A model generated the notes under the pieces. The model was given only the letters and a program-made list of their open reading frames with translations. It had not been told where the DNA came from and did not search any database. Shown here piece after piece: positions 28,736-36,564 of a stretch of DNA of 40,596 bases (the first letter of the stretch is position 1; each line of letters begins with the position of its first letter). Made by a program: the position numbers and the translations under genes. Origin of the DNA: Pseudomonadota bacterium (GTDB lineage: Bacteria; Desulfobacterota; Syntrophia; Syntrophales; UBA5619); NCBI GenBank assembly GCA_018819165.1, contig JAHJQP010000173.1:1-40596 (forward strand), written 5' to 3'.

Positions 28736-28748
28736 AAAAAGAAACCCT

Positions 28749-29819
28749 TTAATAAGAGAACGGCCAGAGGCGGAAGTTCGAACGGATAATCCGCCATAAC
28801 TCCGCCAATCCGCGGGGCTCCAGGAGGATGAACAGGACGATGGCCAGTCCGAACACAAATTCCCTGAGGGGGGCTATGTTCAGCTCCGATGTCGAGAATA
28901 GGTCTGAATTCATCAGGAGGCCGGTCATGAAGCGCAGCGCTTCGTTGAGGAGCGTGATGAAAACGGCGCCGAAAATGGAACCGGAGATGCTTCCCAGCCC
29001 GCCGATGATGACCATGGCGATGTACTCCACGGAAAGGCCGAGATTGAAGGGCTCCGCCGTGATGCTGCCCATGTAGAATGCCCACAGGGCGCCAGCGAAG
29101 CCGGCGTAGAAGGAACTGATTCCGAAGGAGAGGAGCTTGTAGCGGAAGATCGGGATCCCCATCCCTTCCGCGGCTCTGTCGTTATCCCGGATGGCGATAA
29201 AGGCGCGTCCGTAACGGGTGCGAATCAGATTCACCGCTATCCAGACCATCCCGGCCAGGGAAATGAAAATGAGATAATAAAAACCGAGGTCGCCCCGGAG
29301 GGATAAGCCCAGAAGGCTGGCCGGCGGAAGCGTGATCCCCATGGTTCCTTTCGTGAGGGATTCCCAGTGGATCAGGACATACTCGATGATGAACTGGCCC
29401 GCCAGGGTCGCGATCGTCAGATAAAGTCCCTTCAGGCGGCCGGAAGGGATGCCGAAGATCATGCCGACCAGGGCGGTCGTCAGCCCGGCTGCCGGGATGC
29501 AGAGGAGCATCGGCAGATGGAGGGCGGTGGAGAAGATAGCCCCCGCATAGGCGCCGACACCGAAGAAGGCGCCGTGGCCAAGGGAGATCTGGCCGGTGAA
29601 ACCGATCAGGATGTTGAGGCCGATCACGGCAATGGCGGTAATGCCGATCATATTGAAGATATAGAGCATGTAGGGGCTTGCCGACAGGGGGACGAGCGTA
29701 ATGAGGAGCAGAATGCCGATCCCGGTCCAGATGCGCCCGAAATCGGTCGTAAAGACTGAAAGTTCCTGCTGATACCGTTCGCGGAAATTTCCGCAGGGAT
29801 GCATTTGGAGTTTTCTCAT
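28749..29819 (-). CDS. livM: HAAT-family ABC transporter permease (LivM-like)
   Basis: Polytopic membrane protein containing GQISLGHGAFFGVGAYA, which is typical of LivM. Confidence 0.85.
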   Translation of the reverse strand: MRKLQMHPCGNFRERYQQELSVFTTDFGRIWTGIGILLLITLVPLSASPYMLYIFNMIGITAIAVIGLNILIGFTGQISLGHGAFFGVGAYAGAIFSTALHLPMLLCIPAAGLTTALVGMIFGIPSGRLKGLYLTIATLAGQFIIEYVLIHWESLTKGTMGITLPPASLLGLSLRGDLGFYYLIFISLAGMVWIAVNLIRTRYGRAFIAIRDNDRAAEGMGIPIFRYKLLSFGISSFYAGFAGALWAFYMGSITAEPFNLGLSVEYIAMVIIGGLGSISGSIFGAVFITLLNEALRFMTGLLMNSDLFSTSELNIAPLREFVFGLAIVLFILLEPRGLAELWRIIRSNFRLWPFSY

Positions 29820-29822
29820 ATA

Positions 29823-30701
29823 TCAGACCCGTTCAATCTCCTTCAGTCCGAACAGACCGTAAGGTTTCAACAGCAGAATCAGTACCAGCACGATGTAGGG
29901 GACGACGTCGCGTAATGAAGGCGAAATATATCCGCCGGTGAATGTTTCCAGAAGCCCGATGATGATCCCGCCGATGATGGCGCCGCCGATACTGTCCAGT
30001 CCGCCGAGGATGACGACGGGGAAGACCTTGAGGCCGATCCCGGAGAGATCGTGGACGTTTACCCCGTTGATAATTCCCAGGACCATGCCGCTCATCCCGG
30101 CGACCAGCGCCGCGATCGCCCAGGAGAGGGCAAAGACCCGCTTGACGTGAACCCCGAGCGACAGAGCGGCTCTCTGGTTGTCCGCGACAGAGCGCATGTA
30201 GATCCCCTGGGAGGAGAATTTGAAGAACAGTCCAAAGAGGATCAGAAAAAGCGTTCCGATGATCAGTGTCGCCCCGTAGACCGGCGGGATTCTGATTATC
30301 TTCCAATCGATGCCCAGGGCTTTCGGCAGGAAATCGGGATAGGTGAAAAGATTGCCGCCCCAGATAAACAGGATCAGTCCCTTGAACATCGCTGCCAGGC
30401 CGACGGTCAGCATGACGACGAAGATCAGAGGTTCGCCGATAAGCGGCCGCAGGAAAATCCTCTCGATCAAGATCCCGAGCAGAAAGCAGCCGGCAAGCGC
30501 GAGAAGAAAGGAGAGGAGAATAGGAATCTTCGCCCAGGTCACGAAGGCCAGAAAGAAATAAGCCCCTATCGCGATGAGCTCTCCGTGGGCAAAGTTCAGC
30601 ACACTCGATGATTTGAAGATCATCACAAATCCCATCGCCGAGAGTCCATACAGGAAACCGACAGAGAGCCCACCGACCAAAAGCTGGATGAAAAAATCCA
30701 T
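29823..30701 (-). CDS. livH: HAAT-family ABC transporter permease (LivH-like)
   Basis: MDFFIQLLVGGLSVGFLYGLSAMGFVMIF...NFAHGEL is a typical LivH start. AAGGAAAGGG lies upstream of ATG 30701. Confidence 0.85.
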   Translation of the reverse strand: MDFFIQLLVGGLSVGFLYGLSAMGFVMIFKSSSVLNFAHGELIAIGAYFFLAFVTWAKIPILLSFLLALAGCFLLGILIERIFLRPLIGEPLIFVVMLTVGLAAMFKGLILFIWGGNLFTYPDFLPKALGIDWKIIRIPPVYGATLIIGTLFLILFGLFFKFSSQGIYMRSVADNQRAALSLGVHVKRVFALSWAIAALVAGMSGMVLGIINGVNVHDLSGIGLKVFPVVILGGLDSIGGAIIGGIIIGLLETFTGGYISPSLRDVVPYIVLVLILLLKPYGLFGLKEIERV

Positions 30702-30714
30702 GGATACCCTTTCC

Positions 30715-32643
30715 TTATAAAACCTCAATGACGCGAACGAGGGTATCGATCTCCCCGATCTGTCCGTCCCGATAGCGGATCTTGCCCTTTACACGGACCT
30801 CTTTCTCTGCGGTGTACATAGTCTCGATGAGCTTGAGGTAAAGGCCGTAGACAAAACGCCGGCGCACCTTGCCCGTCCTTGTCAATTCCTCGTCATCAGC
30901 GTCCAGAAGCTTGTAGAGCATGATAAATTTATGGATCTTCATCACCTCCGGAAGCTGTTCATTGACCTTCCGGACCTCTTTGAGGATCAGTTCCTCCACC
31001 GCCGTCTGCTGGGAGAGATCCATATAGGTCGTATAGGGAATCATTCTCTCTTCCGCCCAGCTTCCGGTATTGCCGAAATCGATGTTGATCATGGCGGTCA
31101 GGAAGGACCGTCCCTCTCCGAAGATGACCGCCTCCTTGATGAACGGGCTGAATTTCAGTCGGGTTTCGATGAAATCAGGGGAAAAGGCATCTCCGCTCTT
31201 GTTGCGGATGATCTCCTCCTTGCGGCCGATGATCATCAGATGGCCGTCCGGGTCGAGATACCCTGCATCGCCTGTCCTCAGCCAGCCCTGGGTGAATGCC
31301 GCCTCGGTAGCCTGATAATCCTGGTAATACCCCTGGAAGACGGCATGGCTGGAGACCAGCACTTCCTGGTCTTCCGAGATCCGGACCTGAACGCCGGGTA
31401 GAGGCGTTCCGACCGTTTCCGGCTTGACTTCCTCGTCCGGCTGGATCTGGAAGATTCCCCCTCCTTCGGTCAGCCCGTAACACTGCTTCAGGTTCAGACC
31501 GATCGCCCGGAAGAAACTGATCACGTCGGGACTGATGGGATGGCCTCCCGTGTAGGCGCTCAGGAAGTTCGCACAGCCGATCCGGTCGAGCAGGGGGCGA
31601 TATATAATCATGGCGGCCAGATGATGAAGCCCTCTGATGAGCGGCGGCGTCGGTTCCTTGCGAACCTGCCGGGACAGGACCGCCCGTCCGATGCGCTCGG
31701 CTTCGGTGAAGAGACGACGTTTGACCCAGCCCGCATCCCCCATCCGGACCCGGATCCGGGAAGCCAGTTCCTCCCAGAAACGGGACGAGGTGATGATCCG
31801 CGAGGGGCCGATATCCCGGAAGTCCTCCAGAACCGTTTCCGGTGTTTCCGGAAAGTTCATCGTCATCCCAGCGAAGAGCGCCACGCCCAAACCCCACATC
31901 TGATCGACAATCCAGGCCGGCGGCGAAATGGAAATCCAGTTCTCTCCTGCTTGAATGGAGACGGCCCTGATCCAGCTTTCCCCAATGGAGGTCAGGTTCC
32001 GGTGCGACAGCATGGCCAGTTTCGGCATACCCGTCGTGCCGGAGGTCTGGATCATCATGGCCGTTTCCTCGGGTTTTCCCCGGTTCAATTCGGTCGAAAA
32101 GAGATCGGGCCGATCGCAATCGAGTGCCTCCCCCCCGGAGAGCAGATCGCGGAAGGAAACCAGCCAGGGATCGTCTCCGCTGAAGCTCATTCCCGTCGGG
32201 TCGATATAGATGACGTTACGCACATGGCTGAGTTTCCCGCGGGCGGCGATCATCTTATCGACCTGCTCCTGGTCCTGGACAATGACAAAGGTTGCGCGGA
32301 TGCGGTTCAGAGAGGCCGACAGCTCCTCAACGACGGCCGACGTGAAGAGGTTCAGGGTGACGCCCCCAACCGCCTGAACTCCCAGTTCCGAAAAAAGCCA
32401 TTCGGGGTGATTGTCGGTGATCAATCCCACGGCTTCCCCGCGCCGGAAACCGAGGGCAACGAGCCCCAGACCGACTTGTCTTACGTAACGCAGATAGTCC
32501 TGCCAGTTATAGGTCTGCCAGATGCCGTAAGCCTTCTCCCGGATCGCTGCCCCGTTAGTGCCGAAGCGAGCCGCCTGAGCAGTTAGAATCTGGGGCAGCG
32601 TGCCCGTTAAGAAGGGAAGCTGTTTTTCTTTCTCCGCGTCCAA
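30715..32643 (-). CDS. AMP-forming acyl-CoA synthetase (long FadD-like form) embedded in the ABC operon
   Basis: The AMP-binding motif is MMIQTSGTTGMPKLAM, and the core also has YGLTEGGG and GWLRTGDAGYLD. The start is TTG 32643, with no nearby ATG. Confidence 0.8.
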   Translation of the reverse strand: MDAEKEKQLPFLTGTLPQILTAQAARFGTNGAAIREKAYGIWQTYNWQDYLRYVRQVGLGLVALGFRRGEAVGLITDNHPEWLFSELGVQAVGGVTLNLFTSAVVEELSASLNRIRATFVIVQDQEQVDKMIAARGKLSHVRNVIYIDPTGMSFSGDDPWLVSFRDLLSGGEALDCDRPDLFSTELNRGKPEETAMMIQTSGTTGMPKLAMLSHRNLTSIGESWIRAVSIQAGENWISISPPAWIVDQMWGLGVALFAGMTMNFPETPETVLEDFRDIGPSRIITSSRFWEELASRIRVRMGDAGWVKRRLFTEAERIGRAVLSRQVRKEPTPPLIRGLHHLAAMIIYRPLLDRIGCANFLSAYTGGHPISPDVISFFRAIGLNLKQCYGLTEGGGIFQIQPDEEVKPETVGTPLPGVQVRISEDQEVLVSSHAVFQGYYQDYQATEAAFTQGWLRTGDAGYLDPDGHLMIIGRKEEIIRNKSGDAFSPDFIETRLKFSPFIKEAVIFGEGRSFLTAMINIDFGNTGSWAEERMIPYTTYMDLSQQTAVEELILKEVRKVNEQLPEVMKIHKFIMLYKLLDADDEELTRTGKVRRRFVYGLYLKLIETMYTAEKEVRVKGKIRYRDGQIGEIDTLVRVIEVL

Positions 32644-32742
32644 AAAATGCCGTTTCCTTTCTTAGATCTCGGCGGTTGCACATAAAATGCGACTTTGTGA
32701 AGACCCCGCCAGCAAGGCAGAGCCGGCGGGTTGAGTCCCCGG

Positions 32743-33570
32743 TTAAATGGGATCCGCATCGCCGAGATAAGCCTTGACCACCTCCGGATGGCGGATGATC
32801 TCTTCCGGGGTTCCTTCCGTCAGTTTTACACCGAAATTCAGCACGACAATCCGCCGGGCGATGCTCATCACGATCGACATGTCGTGCTCAACGAGGATCA
32901 TCGTCTGCCCCCACGCCCGGTTCAGTTCCAGCAGAAAACGGACCATGTCTTCCTTCTCTTCGAGGTTCATGCCGGCGAAGGGTTCGTCAAGGACGAGAAG
33001 CGCCGGTTCAAGAGCAAGGGCGCGTCCCAGTTCCACCCGCTTCATCATCCCGTAAGGGAGGGAGCTTACCGGCTTGTTACGGAGGGACTGTATCTCGAGA
33101 AAGTCGATGATTTCCTCCAGGATCCGACGATGGCGTATCTCCTCTCTGCGGACGGACGGTCCAAAAAGACAGGCAAGCCCCAGCCCGTAACGGCAATGGA
33201 TATGGCGGGCAAGAAACAAGTTGGAAAGAACGGTCATCCCCGGAAAGAGCTCAATATTCTGGAATGTCCGGCCGATTCCGATCCGGACCAACTCATGCGG
33301 GTGGCGATGGGTGATATCCTCCCCGTTGAAAAGGATCTTTCCCTCCTGAGATCGATAGAATCCCGTGATGCAGTTGAGCAGACTGGTCTTCCCGGCGCCG
33401 TTGGGACCGATAACCGCGAGCAGTTCGCCGGTCCTGACCGAAAAATGAACATCGTCCAGGGCTATGACCCCGCCGAAACGGAGAGAAACCCCCCGAACTT
33501 CCAGTTCAGCCTGCTTTGCGTCCATATCGATTCGTTCGTATATGGACGGTTTCCCCCGGAACGCCTTCAT
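32743..33570 (-). CDS. livG: HAAT-family ABC transporter ATP-binding protein (LivG-like)
   Basis: From ATG 33570 (GAGGA 6 nt upstream) it reads ...LEVRGVSLRFGG. Walker A is GPNGAGKTS, and Walker B is LLVLDEPFAGMN. Confidence 0.85.
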   Translation of the reverse strand: MKAFRGKPSIYERIDMDAKQAELEVRGVSLRFGGVIALDDVHFSVRTGELLAVIGPNGAGKTSLLNCITGFYRSQEGKILFNGEDITHRHPHELVRIGIGRTFQNIELFPGMTVLSNLFLARHIHCRYGLGLACLFGPSVRREEIRHRRILEEIIDFLEIQSLRNKPVSSLPYGMMKRVELGRALALEPALLVLDEPFAGMNLEEKEDMVRFLLELNRAWGQTMILVEHDMSIVMSIARRIVVLNFGVKLTEGTPEEIIRHPEVVKAYLGDADPI

Positions 33571-33602
33571 GCCTTTTCCTCGTCCTTCCGCGCCCGATGC
33601 TG

Positions 33603-33629
33603 AAAGCCCCGCCCATCGGGCGGGGCTTT
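33603..33629 (-). terminator. intra-operon GC-rich hairpin just after the substrate-binding-protein gene
   Basis: AAAGCCCCGCCC-ATC-GGGCGGGGCTTT forms a 12-bp perfect stem with a 3-nt loop, about 18 nt past the SBP stop. On the minus strand only UUUCA follows, so it is a weak terminator or a 3'-end stabiliser. Confidence 0.5.
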
Positions 33630-33646
33630 TCGAAAAGAATTGTTTG

Positions 33647-34846
33647 TTACTTCTGGAGGCTGATCTTTTCCTTCCCGGGGACATAGAAATTGGTCAGAGG
33701 GATATAGGAACCATCCTCCTTCACTTGGACGATCCGCGCCTTGAAAGAGGCGCCGTGATCCGTCGGGGTATAGGTTACGGCGGGGACCAGACCGCCGAAA
33801 TCCTCCTCGCGGAAGGATTCCATGGCGCGGTTGATCGTTTCCCGATTGACCTCCTTGAATTTTTCTTGGGCGCGGATCATCGCCCTCTCCATGATCATCC
33901 CCACGACGACCCCCTCCCAGTAGGAGGCATCGAATGTATCGACGGTTTTATAGCGTGTCCACAATTCCTGCATCACTTTCATTCCCGGATTCTTGTCGGC
34001 GGGAAGACCGCCTGGAAACTGAATGCGGAGACGATCCCGGATCAGCCCCTGCCCCATCTTGAAGAAATCGGGATCGGTCGAAGTCCAGGTCCCTAAAAAC
34101 GGTGGATCGTAACCGATCCGGTCCGCGCTTCGGAAAGCGCTAATGATCGCGGCTGGTAGAATCTGCATGAATATGTACTCGGCGCCGCTTTTCTGGAGAC
34201 GGAGAAGCTCCGTGGTCAGATCGACTGTTTTCGTAGGAAATTCCTCAATCGCAACAATGTTGATGTTATTTTTCGCCGCATAATCCTGGCTCGGTTTATG
34301 GATGGAGCGCCCGTAAGCGTTGTTGTAGGTCAGAAGCCCCACCTTCGGTGGCTCTTTGCCTTTGTGAATGGCGAGGATATAGTCGAGGACGGCTTCGCAA
34401 TCCAACCGGTAACTTCCGAAAGGGAGATACATGTATTCGAACGGCGGCTCCAGGATCTCCCAGCTGGTGGAATAGTTAATCGTCGGGATCTTATATTGCT
34501 GGATGATCGGCTTGGCTGCCAGCCCCTCGCCGGCGCTCCAGGTGGCAATCATGTCCACCTCGTCCTGAACCGCGAATTTCCGGACGGCGGCGACCGCTTC
34601 GGGGACCTTGTAGGCGGTATCGACAAGTATCATTTCGATCTTCTGTCCGGCCACACCGCCTTTGACTTCATTCACATACTGGAAATAGTCACGCTGCCCC
34701 TTGGCATGGAACTGTCCCCAGGTCGATGCAGGACCTGTCATGTTGATGGCAGATCCAACCTTGATGTTCTTTGCCATTCCCGCATTCGTCCAGGCCAGGA
34801 CGAAGGCCGCTGCTGCCAAAAGGATGATTCTGTTTAGTCTGCGCAT
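33647..34846 (-). CDS. HAAT-family periplasmic substrate-binding protein (LivK/LivJ-like)
   Basis: The signal peptide is MRRLNRIILLAAAAFVLAWTNAGMA. It is followed by a type I periplasmic binding fold of about 375 aa. SD AAAGGAGGGG lies upstream of ATG 34846. Confidence 0.85.
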   Translation of the reverse strand: MRRLNRIILLAAAAFVLAWTNAGMAKNIKVGSAINMTGPASTWGQFHAKGQRDYFQYVNEVKGGVAGQKIEMILVDTAYKVPEAVAAVRKFAVQDEVDMIATWSAGEGLAAKPIIQQYKIPTINYSTSWEILEPPFEYMYLPFGSYRLDCEAVLDYILAIHKGKEPPKVGLLTYNNAYGRSIHKPSQDYAAKNNINIVAIEEFPTKTVDLTTELLRLQKSGAEYIFMQILPAAIISAFRSADRIGYDPPFLGTWTSTDPDFFKMGQGLIRDRLRIQFPGGLPADKNPGMKVMQELWTRYKTVDTFDASYWEGVVVGMIMERAMIRAQEKFKEVNRETINRAMESFREEDFGGLVPAVTYTPTDHGASFKARIVQVKEDGSYIPLTNFYVPGKEKISLQK

Positions 34847-34860
34847 TTTTCCCCTCCTTT

Positions 34861-34891
34861 AAAATAAAAAAACCGTGAAAACATTCCACGG
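34861..34891 (-). terminator. second, weaker terminator-like hairpin directly upstream of the SBP ribosome-binding site
   Basis: Minus strand: CCGUG-GAAUGUUUU-CACGG followed by UUUUUUUAUUUU. It has the same CCGTGG...CACGGTTTTTT flanks as the first hairpin. Confidence 0.4.
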
Positions 34892-34898
34892 CTTCCAT

Positions 34899-34933
34899 AA
34901 AAAACCGTGGGCGACGATAAGGTCTGCCCACGG
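34899..34933 (-). terminator. rho-independent terminator inside the leader of the ABC/CoA-ligase operon
   Basis: Minus strand: CCGUGGGC (34933..34926) pairs with GCCCACGG (34912..34905). Three further inner pairs are possible (GAC/GUC). UUUUUU follows at 34904..34899. Confidence 0.65.
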
Positions 34934-35013
34934 CCGATGACCCATACGGGTTAAAAGAACGGCGGGCAGACCCCGATAAAATAGCTAAAAAAGCCGCTAA
35001 AACCGCCCCGCCG
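34921..35013 (-). promoter_or_regulatory. candidate antiterminator / anti-antiterminator helices of an attenuator
   Basis: GGUCUGCCCGC (34972..34962) can pair with GUGGGCAGACC (34931..34921): 11 bp including one G-U. That helix consumes the 5' arm of the terminator. CGGCGGG (35013..35007) can instead pair with CCCGCCG (34966..34960), giving 7 G-C pairs. Confidence 0.45.
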
Positions 35014-35058
35014 AAAATACCCCATCTCCCGCTTGTCCACCATTTGCCATATCTCCAT
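34951..35058 (-). CDS. candidate Phe-rich leader peptide (35 aa)
   Basis: My translation is MEIWQMVDKREMGYFRRGGFSGFFSYFIGVCPPFF*. It has 7 Phe (6 TTT + 1 TTC), 2 Tyr and 1 Trp. It is too short for the ORF track. There is no clear SD, and the ATG lies 7 nt after the candidate -10 (possibly leaderless). Confidence 0.35.
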   Translation of the reverse strand: MEIWQMVDKREMGYFRRGGFSGFFSYFIGVCPPFF

Positions 35059-35065
35059 GGCCCGG

Positions 35066-35095
35066 CCTATAAAACAGCCGCCGTTGAAATGTCAA
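35066..35095 (-). promoter_or_regulatory. candidate sigma-70 promoter of the leader/ABC operon (TTGACA-18 nt-TATAGG)
   Basis: Minus strand: TTGACA at 35095..35090 and TATAGG at 35071..35066. Confidence 0.4.
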
Positions 35096-35178
35096 GCGAA
35101 TTATTTGGCGGTTTGGTGAAAAATCAAGGACCTCTCCGCATGTTGCGCCTGATCTTGCGGGAAAAGCGGGTTTCCCGA

Positions 35179-36546
35179 TCAGGAGCGGATTCCCAGCTTC
35201 TCGCTCCGGTAATGAAGAGAATCATAATTGATTCCGAGTAGTTCGGCGGCCCTGGTTTTTGAGCCCTCTGCCTTTTTGAGAGCCTTCTCGATCAGGCTCT
35301 TTTCGGTTCTTGCGAGCTCGTCACTGAGGTTGATCCCGGAATCCGGAAAATCGGGAATGGGTATGGCCTCGGTTTTTTTCACATTTTCGGACAGAATAAG
35401 ATTTTCCGGAAGGATGATGTTTGAGGTCTCCAGGGCGATGCTCCGTTCAATGATGTTCTCTAACTCACGGATATTACCGGGAAAAGGATACTGCATCAGC
35501 AATTCCAGGGCATAAGCTGATATCATCTTTATTTCCTTACCGAATTCAAGAGAATACTTTTCTATAAAATACTTAGTCAGGATCGGGATGTCTTCCTTGC
35601 GCTCCCGGAGGGGCGGCAGTTGAATGGGGATGACGTTGAGTCGGTAATAGAGGTCTTCCCTGAACGATCCGGATTTTACATTATCCGCCAGATTCTGATT
35701 TGTTGCGGAGATGATGCGGACGTCGACCTGGATATCTTTCGCTCCGCCGACGCGACGGAAGGTCTTCTCTTGGACAACCCGAAGAAGCTTGACCTGAAGA
35801 AGGGGAGGGAGTTCTGCAATTTCATCCAAAAAAACGGTTCCCCCGCGAGCTGCCTTGAAAAGTCCGGCCTTGTCTGAATAGGCTCCGGTGAAAGCCCCTT
35901 TGATGTAACCGAAAAGCTCGCTTTCCAGGAGATTCTCTGAAATACCGCCGCAGTTGATGACCAAAAAAGGTCTCTCTCTCCGAGAACTGTTTTCATGAAT
36001 CGCCCTGGCCACCAGCTCCTTGCCTGTTCCGCTCTCGCCAAGGATCAGGACATTGGCCGGAGTATTCGCCACCTTTTTGATGGTCGCATACACCTTGAGC
36101 ATCTCACGACTGTTGCCGATCATGTTCCCGAAACGGACCGTCTCCCCCACCTCTTTGAGAAATAGCGATTCGTCCCGCTTCACCCCTTTTTTGGTCAGGG
36201 CGTTTTGGATTATCCGCTTGAGATCTTCGATTGCGAAATCCTTTTCGATATAATCGTAAGCCCCCTCCTTCATGGCTGTTAGGGCCGTTTCCCCGGACGC
36301 ATAGGCCGTAATCAGAATGACCATGGTTTCGGGAGAAATATCCTTGATTTCCCGGAGGAAACCGATCCCGTCCATCTTAGGCATCCTGAGATCCGTTATG
36401 ACCAAATCGATCTTTTCCTTTCGACACTGGTTGAGGGCTTTTCCGCCATCGCCGACGGTGGTGACCCTGTATCCCTCCCGGGTCAGCATGATCTCTAGAA
36501 ATTCCCTCATCCCCTGGTCGTCATCAACCACGAGGATCCTGGCCAT
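35179..36546 (-). CDS. sigma-54-dependent response regulator (NtrC/PilR class)
   Basis: REC domain (ILVVDDD..., DLVITDLRMPKMDG). The AAA+ domain has Walker A GESGTGKE and the sigma-54 contact motif GAFTGA. The C-terminal Fis-type HTH is TRAAELLGINYDSLHYR. Confidence 0.9.
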   Translation of the reverse strand: MARILVVDDDQGMREFLEIMLTREGYRVTTVGDGGKALNQCRKEKIDLVITDLRMPKMDGIGFLREIKDISPETMVILITAYASGETALTAMKEGAYDYIEKDFAIEDLKRIIQNALTKKGVKRDESLFLKEVGETVRFGNMIGNSREMLKVYATIKKVANTPANVLILGESGTGKELVARAIHENSSRRERPFLVINCGGISENLLESELFGYIKGAFTGAYSDKAGLFKAARGGTVFLDEIAELPPLLQVKLLRVVQEKTFRRVGGAKDIQVDVRIISATNQNLADNVKSGSFREDLYYRLNVIPIQLPPLRERKEDIPILTKYFIEKYSLEFGKEIKMISAYALELLMQYPFPGNIRELENIIERSIALETSNIILPENLILSENVKKTEAIPIPDFPDSGINLSDELARTEKSLIEKALKKAEGSKTRAAELLGINYDSLHYRSEKLGIRS

Positions 36547-36564
36547 GATTCTTCTTCCTTTCCT

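Noticed and set aside
31175-32586. 314-aa (-) and 348-aa (+) ORFs inside the acyl-CoA synthetase gene
   Set aside because: They are off-frame or antisense ORFs typical of GC-rich coding DNA, with Arg/Gly/Pro-rich translations. The 642-aa frame carries the AMP-binding motifs.
35029-35046. T-box-like string AAATGGTGGACAAGCGGG in the operon leader
   Set aside because: It is only a partial match (about 10/15) to the T-box consensus AGGGUGGNACCGCG. It also lies about 100 nt upstream of the terminator rather than forming the antiterminator bulge, and I saw no specifier-loop architecture.
34847-35178. Expected sigma-54 (-24/-12) promoter downstream of the sigma-54 activator gene
   Set aside because: I scanned both strands by eye for TGGCAC-N5-TTGC-like elements. 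The closest candidate (TGGCAAATGGTGGAC) lacks the -12 GC element, so no call is made.
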